From the sequence record AP029160.1: 64,000 bases of DNA. One strand, written 5' to 3'. Source of the DNA: a plasmid. Within the stretch, counting starts at the first letter, position 1, and the number at the start of each line of letters is the position of its first letter. Below the pieces are notes generated by a model. That model had not been told where the DNA came from. It saw nothing but the letters and a program-made list of their open reading frames with translations, and did not search any database. Position numbers and translations under genes: made by a program. Of this stretch, positions 50,519 to 61,778 are shown in pieces.

Positions 50519-51061
50519 TGCTAATGAACCTCTTAAAGAAAGATTACTTACAAACAACTGGGAGGAAATGCAAAGATTTGCTGCTTCTGTGAAGTTTGGA
50601 TATATTCCTGCATCATTATTAATGACAAGAGTTCTTGCTTATACAAAAAGAAACATGGTTACAAAAGCACTGTAGAACATGGGAAATGTATAAGAACTTT
50701 ACATTCAATGCGTTGCATGAATGACATAAACCACAGAAGGGATATGCAAAAGCAGCTAAATAAAGGTGAGAATGTAAACAATTTAAGAGGATTTTTACGC
50801 TTTGGAAACTCTGGTAAAATGAGAAAATCTCAGGAAGAAAGTCAGGATTGTCAGGCTGCTTGTATTACGTTGCTCACCAACTTAGTCATCATATGGAATA
50901 CAAAATACATTGAAATTGTTATTAATGAATTAAAAAAATCAGGAAAAGTCATTCGTGACAAGGATATTCAATATATTACTCCATGTAGATTTGGACATAT
51001 TAATAAATATGGAAAATACAATTTAGATTTGGAAAATGGTTTAAGAAAATGGTCAATTTAG
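50519..51061 (+). pseudogene. Tn3-family TnpA C-terminal remnant, frameshifted, truncated by IS copy E
   Basis: NKGENVNNLRGFLRFGN...IIWNTKYIE...GHINKYGKY parallels the Tn3 TnpA C-terminus (compare 18543..19058). Confidence 0.55.
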
Positions 51062-51239
51062 AAGGATAAAGATTGATTAAATTTTTTCTTAATGCTAGTA
51101 TGTAGGCCTTCTGCAGAGAATTTTTAAAATGAATGAATAAATTCTTACATTTTTGAATGTTTTACATTCAAAAAAAATCAAGCTATTTAGAATAAAGAAA
51201 AATATAAATTTATTATATTTTTCTTTTTTTGGAGTATCT

Positions 51240-51641
51240 ATGAAATTTTGTGGAAAAGTACTTTTAATTTTGAATATCATTAATTTTAATCCAATTTTTG
51301 CGGGTGGTTTGTTTAGTAAAGAAAATGAAGAAAGATCTATAATTGAATTTAATGACGAGGTTATTAAAATTAATGAATATATTGAAAGAATTAAATATTT
51401 TGAAAGAGAAGGAGAAAAAGAATTAAATATACCTTATCAACACTCAAAAAAAAACAATGAATTTCATGATTTAGCAGTCAATAATCTTGAAAAAATCAAA
51501 CAATATAAGATACAAGCCGAAAATGCATTTAATTCAAGTAATCAATTATATTTTTATGAAAAAATTTTGGAAGATGTTAAACTAAATTTTTGGGATTTAA
51601 AGCAGAATGTAGAAAAATCTTTAAGAGGTATTTCTTACTAA
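51240..51641 (+). CDS. secreted hypothetical protein (start at MKFCGK)
   Basis: A signal peptide follows the internal Met. Confidence 0.35.
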   Translation: MKFCGKVLLILNIINFNPIFAGGLFSKENEERSIIEFNDEVIKINEYIERIKYFEREGEKELNIPYQHSKKNNEFHDLAVNNLEKIKQYKIQAENAFNSSNQLYFYEKILEDVKLNFWDLKQNVEKSLRGISY

Positions 51642-51692
51642 TCACTAGTTGCAATTAATATAATTTTCTCACAATACAAATACGAGGATTGA

Positions 51693-52940
51693 ATGTTTAA
51701 AAGAATATTTATATTATTAATTATTATCTTTATTTACAATAAAAGCTTTGCTAATAATGTTCCATTTCAAGCTTCTATTTTATATCCTATAATTAAAGAT
51801 ATGGAAAATAAATATGTGTTAGATATTTTTGAAAATTATAATTGTGGAGGTGTTGCAGATTCAGTAGAAGAATTTTATTTTAATTGGAGTGATGAGAGAA
51901 CTGTGAGAGAAAACTTAGACAATCTCAGCGAAGCGGTTTTTAGTATAAAAGAATATCAAGAAAATCCTTTCGAACTAAATAAGGTTCAATCTAATAGCAG
52001 GCTTAAGAGGTTTGCTTTTCCGAAATTACATATTCCAACAAGCAAAAGTATTAGAAATTTTCATAAATTAAGCCATACTGGAAAAGGTATTATTTGCAAG
52101 ATAATTAGGAAAAAATCCCTAATTATCTACAATGAAATAAATATTAAAAAAAATAATATTCCTGATAATTTACAAGAATACATTAAAGAATTCCATCCAA
52201 TACCAGAAAGTTATCATGATGGATTTATACAAACTTTAAATAATACTGGCGATGAAGTTTCTATAATAACTTCTATTATAAATAAATTTTTATTTGCTGT
52301 TCCTGGAAAAATTGTATATGATGTTGGATCAGGATTTGGAATAAATACTAAACGAGCATTAGAGAAAGGCGCTAAGCAAGTTGTTGCTATAGACTTTTCA
52401 ACAGAACAACTACAAACAGTTATAACTAGATCTCCTAGAGATAAAGTTGACAATTTATTTATTTTAAAAGGGAAAATTCCTGAAATTTTTGAAAATAATA
52501 TTGAAAATCAAGCTGATATAATTTTATTATCACATGTATTGCATTACTTGAATCCTACGGAAGCAGAGTATGCGTTAATTGGAATAAACAAAATACTTAA
52601 AAAAGGAGGAACGCTTTATATTCAGGCTCTAACATATAAAGCAGCTCCATATACTGAAAATTATAACAAAAATAAAATGCTTCTTTACTTAGAATTGTTT
52701 AAAAGACAAGACGAATATGAAAAATCGGTAGCAAGTGGTAACAAGTATAATACTTGGCCTACATATATAGATTCAGCTAATGATTCACTCACTATGATCC
52801 ATCCACAATATCTTCCAGCGCTCATTGAAGCTTGTAAAAGAAATGGTTTTAAAATATTGGAAACTGAAACCTATAATTTAATAAATGGTCAGAAAAATGA
52901 ATCTGGCGACGCTATTGGTATCATAGCTATAAAAGAATAA
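51693..52940 (+). CDS. secreted protein with C-terminal class-I SAM-dependent methyltransferase domain
   Basis: Motif I VYDVGSGFGINT. Acidic AIDFS. Motif post-II ILLSHVLHYL. Confidence 0.55.
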   Translation: MFKRIFILLIIIFIYNKSFANNVPFQASILYPIIKDMENKYVLDIFENYNCGGVADSVEEFYFNWSDERTVRENLDNLSEAVFSIKEYQENPFELNKVQSNSRLKRFAFPKLHIPTSKSIRNFHKLSHTGKGIICKIIRKKSLIIYNEINIKKNNIPDNLQEYIKEFHPIPESYHDGFIQTLNNTGDEVSIITSIINKFLFAVPGKIVYDVGSGFGINTKRALEKGAKQVVAIDFSTEQLQTVITRSPRDKVDNLFILKGKIPEIFENNIENQADIILLSHVLHYLNPTEAEYALIGINKILKKGGTLYIQALTYKAAPYTENYNKNKMLLYLELFKRQDEYEKSVASGNKYNTWPTYIDSANDSLTMIHPQYLPALIEACKRNGFKILETETYNLINGQKNESGDAIGIIAIKE

Positions 52941-52988
52941 AAAATTTTCTAAATTTATTAAGATATTGAGCGTTCTGTTGGGGAAGTT

Positions 52989-53192
52989 GTGACAACTATC
53001 GACTGCATTATTGCATCAGGGGTTCAATTTATAGCGATAAAGGAAAGCATCAAAATCAAAGATAGACAGGATTTACATACAAAAGTCATGATTACCATGT
53101 TTAGCTTATTCGCAGAAGTTGAACGGGAGCTTAACTCTCTACGCACAAAAGAGGCTTTGGCATCCCTCAAAGCAGAGGGAATAAAGTTAGGA
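52989..53192 (+). pseudogene. serine recombinase C-terminal fragment, truncated by IS
   Basis: FAEVERELNSLRTKEALASLKAEGIKLGG. Confidence 0.4.
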
Positions 53193-54012
53193 GGTTCTGT
53201 TGCAAAAAATATATAAGTGAGAGTGGAGTAACTTTTTTTTGGAGTTGTTTGAGGGGAGTGGCGATGGATTTCAAGTGGAAGCATACTGATCGTATGATTA
53301 TCATAATGGCAATCCGTTGGTATGTAGGCTACTCCCTAAGTTATAGGCAAGTAGAAGAACTTTTAGCAGAGCGTGGTATTTTTGTAGATCACACGACCAT
53401 TCATCGTTGGATTGTGGAATACAGTCCAAAATTACTTAAGAAGTTTTATAAGCTTAGAAAGCGTATCTGTGGAAGTTGGCGAATGGATGAGACTTACATC
53501 AAAGTAAAAGGTGAATGGTGTTATCTCTATAGAGCCGTGGATAAGCATGGTCAAACGATTGATATTTACCTTTCAAAACGAAGAGATACAACAAGTGCCA
53601 AACGTTTTTTCCAAAAATGCTTTCGTTCTTCTGGAATCCCAGAAAAGGTAAATATTGATAAAAGTGGCTCTAATACGGCAGCATTAAAGGCTATCAACAA
53701 AGATCTTAAATCTGAAGATAAAGTTCTAATAAGACAAAATAAATATTTAAATAACCTTGTAGAGCAAGACCATCGATTTATAAAAAAGAAAGTAAAGCCT
53801 ATGCTTGGTTTCTTCTCATTGAAATCGGCGAGAGCTACTTTAGCAGGTATTGAACTCCATCATATGCTCAGAAAAGGGCAATTCAAATTTAAAAGTCATT
53901 TGCCTATTTGGGAGCAATTTTGCTCCCTCGCTGGATAATTGCACCTACAGAGGACATTCTTGAAAAGTAACAACCCAATGTTTCGTGGCTTCTAATTATT
54001 TGCAACAGAACC
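53193..54012 (+). mobile_element. IS6-family IS, 820 bp
   Basis: Inverted repeats. Confidence 0.9.
53264..53938 (+). CDS. IS6-family DDE transposase
   Basis: As above. Confidence 0.85.
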   Translation: MDFKWKHTDRMIIIMAIRWYVGYSLSYRQVEELLAERGIFVDHTTIHRWIVEYSPKLLKKFYKLRKRICGSWRMDETYIKVKGEWCYLYRAVDKHGQTIDIYLSKRRDTTSAKRFFQKCFRSSGIPEKVNIDKSGSNTAALKAINKDLKSEDKVLIRQNKYLNNLVEQDHRFIKKKVKPMLGFFSLKSARATLAGIELHHMLRKGQFKFKSHLPIWEQFCSLAG

Positions 54013-54194
54013 CTAGGGACACCCCTAATAGGGATGCCCTTTTTTTTGAGATCGGAATATTACACAAAAACACACGATATATCATATTAATATTATTAAA
54101 TAATTAAATTTATTTATACTTATTTTAAATTTTTATATTTAAATAAAATTTTATTCCGATAGGAAAATGTTCTTATAAAAAAGGAGACTCTCAT

Positions 54195-54962
54195 ATGTCT
54201 AAAAGGATAATCTTATTTACTTTTCTTTCTTTTATCGTTTTTAGCTGCTCAAAAGGTGAAGGTGGAAGCATTGATAAAAATTCGTCAGATGCAACGGCTA
54301 ATAACGATCTTTGTAAAATTCATTCAACAGCAATAAATTCTAACGAAAAAATATCATATCAATACAATGCAATTAATTCACAATGGGAACTACTTCCAAG
54401 CTATCAAATTACACCTGATACAACACAAGTAAGTGGCACACCAATTCAATTAAGTCCAAACTCTCCAGAAATGATTATTAGTGGAAATGTTGGGCAAATT
54501 CCAAATGTCAACAATTTTATATCTTATACTTTAAGTAATAGTAATTTTGTTTATTTAACTAAATTACCTTCAATACCAACTGATAAAAGTATCGTTCAAG
54601 TAAATACAAACTCTAATTACATAGCAACAATAGATTCAACATTATTTGGTGGTAATTTAGCTGACCTTAAAGGAAATGCTGGTAATTTATTTATCCATCA
54701 TAGTGTAATAACTTCTCCACTCTATTTCATATATGATCAAGCTTCACAGTCTTGGAGCCTTGTAAATAGTGTTTTAAATTTAATGGCAGGAAGTATTGCT
54801 CAATTGAATGGGCAATTACCAAGTGGAAACTTTAGTGCAATTAATTTTAGTTTATCTGCATATAGCTTTGTAACACCAGTGTATTTACCTAAAAATCCAA
54901 TTGATAAAATGAAAATTAATATAATTAATAATACGAATCAAAATGCGAATATTTGTTACTAA
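54195..54962 (+). CDS. lipoprotein, identical duplicate of 23661..24428
   Basis: Identical protein in the ORF track. Confidence 0.55.
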   Translation: MSKRIILFTFLSFIVFSCSKGEGGSIDKNSSDATANNDLCKIHSTAINSNEKISYQYNAINSQWELLPSYQITPDTTQVSGTPIQLSPNSPEMIISGNVGQIPNVNNFISYTLSNSNFVYLTKLPSIPTDKSIVQVNTNSNYIATIDSTLFGGNLADLKGNAGNLFIHHSVITSPLYFIYDQASQSWSLVNSVLNLMAGSIAQLNGQLPSGNFSAINFSLSAYSFVTPVYLPKNPIDKMKINIINNTNQNANICY

Positions 54963-55038
54963 ATTACAAATAAATTTTTGCAAATAATTAAGAGTTACGA
55001 ATCAGAGGTGTGTTACTTTTCAATTAGGTTCCATTTAG

Positions 55039-55858
55039 GGTTCTGTTGCAAAAAATATATAAGTGAGAGTGGAGTAACTTTTTTTTGGAGTTGTTTGAGG
55101 GGAGTGGCGATGGATTTCAAGTGGAAGCATACTGATCGTATGATTATCATAATGGCAATCCGTTGGTATGTAGGCTACTCCCTAAGTTATAGGCAAGTAG
55201 AAGAACTTTTAGCAGAGCGTGGTATTTTTGTAGATCACACGACCATTCATCGTTGGATTGTGGAATACAGTCCAAAATTACTTAAGAAGTTTTATAAGCT
55301 TAGAAAGCGTATTTGTGGAAGTTGGCGAATGGATGAGACTTACATCAAAGTAAAAGGTGAATGGTGTTATCTCTATAGAGCCGTGGATAAGCATGGTCAA
55401 ACGATTGATATTTATCTATCAAAACGAAGAGATACAACGAATGCCAAACGTTTTTTCCAAAAATGCTTTCGTACTTCTGGAATCCCAGAAAAGGTAAATA
55501 TTGATAAAAGTGGCTCTAATACGGCAGCATTAAAGGCTATCAACAAAGATCTTAAATCTGAAGATAAGATCTTAATAAGACAAAATAAATATTTAAATAA
55601 CCTTGTGGAACAAGACCATCGATTTATAAAAAAGAAAGTGAAGCCTATGCTTGGTTTCTTCTCATTGAAATCGGCGAGAGCTACTTTAGCAGGTATTGAA
55701 CTCCATCATATGCTCAGAAAAGGGCAATTCAAATTTAAAAGTCATTTGCCTATTTGGGAGCAATTTTGCTCCCTCGCTGGATAATTGCACCTACAGAGGA
55801 CATTCTTGAAAAGTAACAACCCAATGTTTCGTGGCTTCTAATTATTTGCAACAGAACC
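55039..55858 (+). mobile_element. IS6-family IS, 820 bp
   Basis: Inverted repeats. Confidence 0.9.
55110..55784 (+). CDS. IS6-family DDE transposase
   Basis: As above. Confidence 0.85.
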   Translation: MDFKWKHTDRMIIIMAIRWYVGYSLSYRQVEELLAERGIFVDHTTIHRWIVEYSPKLLKKFYKLRKRICGSWRMDETYIKVKGEWCYLYRAVDKHGQTIDIYLSKRRDTTNAKRFFQKCFRTSGIPEKVNIDKSGSNTAALKAINKDLKSEDKILIRQNKYLNNLVEQDHRFIKKKVKPMLGFFSLKSARATLAGIELHHMLRKGQFKFKSHLPIWEQFCSLAG

Positions 55859-56587
55859 CACTGATCGTATGATTATCATAATGGCAATCCGTTGGTATGT
55901 AGGCTACTCCCTAAGTTATAGGCAAGTAGAAGAACTTTTAGCAGAGCGTGGTATTTTTGTAGATCACACGACCATTCATCGTTGGATTGTGGAATACAGT
56001 CCAAAATTACTTAAGAAGTTTTATAAGCTTAGAAAGCGTATTTGTGGAAGTTGGCGAATGGATGAGACTTACATCAAAGTAAAAGGTGAATGGTGTTATC
56101 TCTATAGAGCCGTGGATAAGCATGGTCAAACGATTGATATTTATCTATCAAAACGAAGAGATACAACGAATGCCAAACGTTTTTTCCAAAAATGCTTTCG
56201 TTCTTCTGGAATCCCAGAAAAGGTAAATATGGATAAAAGTGGCTCTAATACGGCAGCATTAAAGGCTATCAATAAAGATCTTAAATCTGAAGATAAGATC
56301 TTAAAAAGACAAAATAAATATCTAAATAACCTTGTAGAGCAAGACCATCGATTTATAAAAAAGAAAGTGAAGCCTATGCTTGGTTTCTTCTCCTTGAAAT
56401 CAGCGAGAGCTACTTTAGCAGGTATTGAACTCCATCATATGCTCAGAAAAGGGCAGTTCAAATTTAAAAGTCATTTACCTATTTGGGAGCAATTTGGCTC
56501 CCTCGCTGGATAATTGCGCCTAGAGGGAACCTACTTGAAAAGCAACAACCCAATGTTTCGTGGCTCCTAATTATTTGCAACAGAACC
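55859..56587 (+). mobile_element. IS6-family IS, 5'-truncated diverged partial copy directly abutting the previous copy
   Basis: Starts at IS-internal position ~110. Several substitutions relative to the other copies. Right IR at 56574-56587. Confidence 0.8.
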
Positions 56588-56709
56588 CTTTAGATAGTAT
56601 TTGTCAAACCCCCGTTTTTCTCTCAAAACAGGTCGATACCCCAACTTGTCAAGTAACTGCATAGATATTTCAATTTTTCAGGGACGACTAATTTAAAATT
56701 GAAGTGTTC

Positions 56710-58053
56710 TTAATAAATAGCAATTCCAGAAGGAAGGTGAATTGCTGATGCAGCTATTTTGCAATCTGTGAAAGTACCACTATTCCCAATAGAACAGGAA
56801 TATATTCCTTTGTTATTAGGACTTGTCACATAAGCATGGTTATCATGGATAACAATTCTATGGGGTGAATGAAATCCTGATGCGACTATTTTACAATCCT
56901 TTAATAAACCATCTGTTTGGTGGAGGCAGGAACTGACGCTATTGTTGTTGATATTAGCAATATAAACATAATCTTTATGAGTAGTAATACCATATGGCCC
57001 ATTAAACTGAGAGTCGTTTGTGGCTTTTTTACAATCTTTTAAGGAGCCGTCAGGTTGAAGAAGGCATGAACTTACGCTGTCGCTATTTCTATTAGTCACA
57101 TAAATATGACTATTATTTATAGTGATTCCTTGGGGATAACCAAATTGATACTCAACTTGTTTGCAATCCGCTAAGCCACCATCCAATTGAATATTGCAGT
57201 AGCTGACACTGTTTTTATTTCTATTTATCACATAGGCATGTTTTTTGTGGATGGCAATTGCTTGAGGAAAATTAAATTCAGAAGTGTTTTTTTTGCAATC
57301 CTTTATGTCACCATTTGGTTCAAGAAAACAGGAATTGATATTGTTGTCGTAAGGATCAGTAATATAAACATGATTTCCATTGATAATGATTTCAAAAGGA
57401 GAGCGAATTTCTGATGTGGCTAGTTTGCAATCTGTCAACGTTCCATTTGGTTTAACAATACATAAACTAATCATATTGTTGTTAATATTAGTTAAAAAAG
57501 CATAAGTAAACTTTTTATAAGGTCCATCTATTTCTGTAATAACGGCATTATCCATAAGATAAAGCTCCAATAATCCTTGCGAAGTACTAAAACCTATTCC
57601 TTTTTTATTAAAAGTATTCATAGGGTAATCAGAGTATTGCCCAATAATCATGCTTTTATCAATAAACTTCTTATACTTTTCATAGAATAAAACTAGTTTT
57701 TTGTTTTCTACTGATTTTAATTCAACCTTTGAGTTGTTCTCATCAGTTATGGAGAAACTTTCAAAAATAATTCTACAATCTTTTTCATTTTCTATTGGAA
57801 TTCTAGGGTCTTTTTCCGTTAAAGTATATTCAGCATCTGAACCGCAATTTACAGTTACTTTAATAGAATAATTTTTGACAGTATTTATAGACTTATCATT
57901 AACTCTCGTGTTATTTGAATTGAAATATACTGTAATAAAATGCTCTGATTCATTTGTATTAAATAAAATATTATTTCCATAATTACAACTTGTAAAAAGT
58001 AAAGTAGTAATATATAGAATTATAATGAAATAAAATTTTTTATGATATGACAT
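56710..58053 (-). CDS. lipoprotein with YVTN-type beta-propeller repeats
   Basis: Lipobox FTSC. ~45-aa repeats ...SVSSCxLQxDGxLKDCK...GI.I....YV.N.N. Confidence 0.5.
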   Translation of the reverse strand: MSYHKKFYFIIILYITTLLFTSCNYGNNILFNTNESEHFITVYFNSNNTRVNDKSINTVKNYSIKVTVNCGSDAEYTLTEKDPRIPIENEKDCRIIFESFSITDENNSKVELKSVENKKLVLFYEKYKKFIDKSMIIGQYSDYPMNTFNKKGIGFSTSQGLLELYLMDNAVITEIDGPYKKFTYAFLTNINNNMISLCIVKPNGTLTDCKLATSEIRSPFEIIINGNHVYITDPYDNNINSCFLEPNGDIKDCKKNTSEFNFPQAIAIHKKHAYVINRNKNSVSYCNIQLDGGLADCKQVEYQFGYPQGITINNSHIYVTNRNSDSVSSCLLQPDGSLKDCKKATNDSQFNGPYGITTHKDYVYIANINNNSVSSCLHQTDGLLKDCKIVASGFHSPHRIVIHDNHAYVTSPNNKGIYSCSIGNSGTFTDCKIAASAIHLPSGIAIY

Positions 58054-58185
58054 GTGCTAACCTTAAAAATTTTCAACCATTCTTTTTACATTTCTTTTCT
58101 TAATTTTCGAGATCTATAATTAAGAAAAGATTATTTTTTTAAAATTATTTAAGCTTAAAAATTGTTGTTAAGTGTTTAAATATCT

Positions 58186-59193
58186 TTAATGTCCTTCGTT
58201 TACCATTCCAACACTGTAGGTAGCTGCTTCTCCTTTGGGTGCTGAATTTTTGAGAATGATAAATTGTTTGCTTTTGCTAAATCCGTTCCAATTGCCAGTT
58301 TGTCCTAAAGTTACAACTGAGCAGTTTTTAGCGTGAGTCGAGTTGAATGCTTTTTCTAGTTCTAGATCTGTTAAATTTGGCATTAAAATTTTATTTCCAT
58401 TTTTAAAATATTCAATTACTTTTGTGAAAATATTCTCAGAATTTTCTTCAGAAATAATTTTGCAAGAGGAGTTATCTGACCAAACCATATTGAAAATTTT
58501 TATCTTGTCCTCATGAATTTTTAGAGGATTGTTATTAATTGAAATTGTGAAATTTTTAGCATATTCATCATTAATAAGCACAAGTTCATCCTTAACAATT
58601 AAAGGAAGAAACTCATGTCTTGACAAATTAAAAAGTAGAGCATTCATATTGGAGATAACATCAACTTTTACACTTTGATTTGCAATAATATTATCGTCTG
58701 TTATATATATTTCAAGTTTGTTTACTTTAGTAAGACCATTCACTTTTTTACTTAAAGAATTGTCAGGGTTTGAATATTTTCCATCTTCTATGCTTTTATT
58801 AATACTTTTACTAGAATTATTGTATTGCAAATTTAATTTTTTTATTGGATTTAATTCTAATTTATTATCTTGTCGAGTTAACGTAAATTTTTCAAAAATA
58901 AAACTACAGTCTTTGCCATTTTCTATTGGTATTCTTGGATCTTTTTCAGTTACATAATGTTTTACATTATGTAGACCACAATTCACATTTACTTCAATTC
59001 TATATTCTTCTATCTCATTTAAAGTCTTATTATTTAGCCAATTAGAATCTGAATTTAAACCAACCTTAATATATGATAGTTGCTTATCTGAATCACCCCT
59101 ATTTGATGATGGTGTTTTACTGGGACCGCAACTATAAAAGGTTGACATGGATAGTCCAAATAAACTTATAAACAACGTCTTATTACAAAACAT
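58186..59193 (-). CDS. lipoprotein, N-terminal domain paralogous to 56710..58053
   Basis: Shared VTEKDPRIPIENGKDC block. Confidence 0.45.
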   Translation of the reverse strand: MFCNKTLFISLFGLSMSTFYSCGPSKTPSSNRGDSDKQLSYIKVGLNSDSNWLNNKTLNEIEEYRIEVNVNCGLHNVKHYVTEKDPRIPIENGKDCSFIFEKFTLTRQDNKLELNPIKKLNLQYNNSSKSINKSIEDGKYSNPDNSLSKKVNGLTKVNKLEIYITDDNIIANQSVKVDVISNMNALLFNLSRHEFLPLIVKDELVLINDEYAKNFTISINNNPLKIHEDKIKIFNMVWSDNSSCKIISEENSENIFTKVIEYFKNGNKILMPNLTDLELEKAFNSTHAKNCSVVTLGQTGNWNGFSKSKQFIILKNSAPKGEAATYSVGMVNEGH

Positions 59194-59373
59194 ACCTACT
59201 CCATAAATTTAAGTATTTCTAAATATATAATTTAAATTTTTCTAAAAAAATTCTTATATTTATCTTTTATTAAAAAGATAAATATATATGCTAGTTTAAC
59301 AATTATTCATTCGGTTAAGATATTAGAGCCAGTTAAATATAATGAGGAGGTACAAATGTAAGAAATGTTACTT

Positions 59374-59661
59374 TTAAAGAAGGTTCCCTAGATAACACCA
59401 AACACCTTTTACTTTGATGTAAGTCTCATTCATTCTCCAACATCTCCAGATAGACCTCCTAAGCTTATAAAACTTCTTAAGTAATTTAGGGCGGTACTCT
59501 ACAATCCATCGATGAATGGTCGCGCGATCTACTTCTTCTAAAAGCTCTCCTACTTGTCTGTAACTCAGATAGTAACTTACATACCAGCTATTATTATATT
59601 TTTTTGCAATAAAACCATCATAATCTCTTCCAATAAAAATTGTTTTTAAATATAAAAACAA
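59374..59661 (-). pseudogene. degenerate IS6 transposase fragment
   Basis: YLSYRQVGELLEE...IHRWIVEY.PKLLKKFYKLR with substitutions and deletions. Confidence 0.6.
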
Positions 59662-60231
59662 TTTTTATTTAATTTTTAAATTAAAAAAAAGCAACATTCT
59701 TTTAAATTTAAAAAGTATTATTAATAACTTAGTGCGAATATAAAAAGTATATAAATTTTTTAGTGAATATTTCCAATGTATAGTTATTTGGCTATAACAA
59801 TATTTTTGGAAAATATCTAAATATAATTTATCTAATATGAATATTTAATCTTTTCAAATGTCTTTAATTTATTAACCCAAAAAATTTTTTTACTGTGATT
59901 GAAGTGAACTGCATTATTTGCTTTTGCTTGAGTAAGTAGCTGAGTGTCATTTTCAGGAGTGTTCTTCACTGTCAACTACAGCCTGTGCACTCAACCCTTG
60001 TAGATGACATTTCCTTTCCTCTTCAAATACAATTTTTTTAGATAATATAATTGATAATATTCATTTTATTTAATACTATGCGATTAATTAAAAGCCCAAA
60101 TAGTGGGTACTAAAGTAGATAATTTAAAAATATCACCTTCCATGTTGCAGTAAAATGCTTCAATTATTTACTACAGCGCCACTATTCATAGCAAAAAATA
60201 TTTGTCTGCAATTATCAAATGAGAACTGTCT

Positions 60232-61436
60232 ATGAAAATATCGATTCTTAAATTTTGCATTCTATTTGCTTTCTATTTTCTTCTAGTTCTAAATTTTCCA
60301 CTAATCACTGGATACTTAGAAATAGAAAAATTAATACACTTCAAAGACTACTTAGAATTCATATTGGTTTTATTTAATATTTTTTTTATACTATTCATAG
60401 CATTATTTTTAATAAGTTTTATTTATTTAACAAAAATATTCTTAACTATTTTACTTTTTCTTTCATCATTAAGTTTTTATGCAATCACTAATTACAATGT
60501 TGATTTAAATAACGCAGATTTAGTCCGAAGTTTTTTTCAACAACATTTGTAGAGGCCTATTCATTTCTAACATTTAAATTTTTTGGTACAATTTTCCTAA
60601 CTTTCATTATACCTGCAATATTTATTATTAACTCAAAAATTATTTATCCTAAAATGCATAAATTTCTGCTGCAAAAAATTATTCTTGTTATTTTAATATC
60701 TTGTTTTACACTAAGCACATTCTTGAATCATCAAATTTATGCATCTTTTGCTGCGCAAACAAAAACTTCAGATATAATTGTAAAAAATTTTATACCTCTG
60801 AATTATTTGCACTGATTAAAAAGATTCATTAAAATTTCACTTAAGAAAAATAATAAAGAAGAATTTATAACATTTAATTCAAGCAGAATCGATTTCCCAA
60901 AAAAAGAAAATAAGAAAACTATTTTTATCTTTATTTTGGGAGAATCAGCTCGAGCAAAAAATTTTTCATTAAATAGCTATGAAAGAGAGACTAATCCACT
61001 CTTAAAAACACAAAATATTTTTAACTTCGATAATTTTTATTCTTGTGGAACAATTACAAATATTTCAATACCTTGCATGTTTTCTAGCTATGAGAGAAAA
61101 AACTATTCTTTAAATAAATATGATCATACAGAAAACTTGCTAGAAACTATTGCAAAAAATAACTTTAAAGTTGAATGGTATGACAATGGAATGGGTAGTC
61201 AAGGCGTGACCAGAAATGTAAAAGAAATAGTTTTAGGAGATTTTTATTCCTCAAATTATGATGAAGTTCTACTTAAATCTATACCAACAAGACAGCAATT
61301 AGAAAATGATAAAAACGATTTATTTCTTGTTTTACATCAAAGAGGAAGTCATGGGCCGGACTATAACAATCGCTATCCTAAAGAGTTTCAAAAATTTTTA
61401 CCCGTATGCAACAATTTGACTTTAAAGGCCATTTGA
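60232..61436 (+). pseudogene. phosphoethanolamine-lipid A transferase (EptA/MCR family), frameshifted and 3'-truncated
   Basis: The TM N-terminal ORF, then frame breaks. The sulfatase-domain fragment GESARAKNFSLNSYERETNP...CGTITNISIPCMFS...HQRGSHGPDYNNRYP matches EptA. Confidence 0.6.
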
Positions 61437-61778
61437 GCACGCAACTGTTATCAAAGGACATTCATGGTATAAAGTTCGTTTTTTCAAAGTAGGGAGAGAA
61501 TTTGAGGATTATTTTGACTTATTTTCCTTCAGAAAAGCAAATTTAAGAATCAGAAAACTATAAAAAGTTCGCACTCTGACTATTCTGCGAACTTTTTTTT
61601 TAATCGACAGTCATTAAAGTTATCCTTTATTTTCATAAATATCTTGAGAAATGACGTCTAGTAACAGTTGCGGGCTCAAATAGCCTTATAAAGCTGCTAT
61701 TAAGGAGCATTTTAAGGATTTATTATCCTAAAAACCTTTAAGAAGAAAAAATGTTAAAAAACATAGCAAATCCATCAT

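Noticed and set aside
50407-50675. ORFs 50407..50592 and 50427..50675, and similar ones at 53024..53284 and 28328..28528, starting inside IS ends.
   Set aside because: Antisense or read-through translations of the IS6 terminal region. The same spurious peptide (MIIIRSVCFHLKSIATPLKQ / MLPLEIHRHSPQTTPKK) recurs at every copy.
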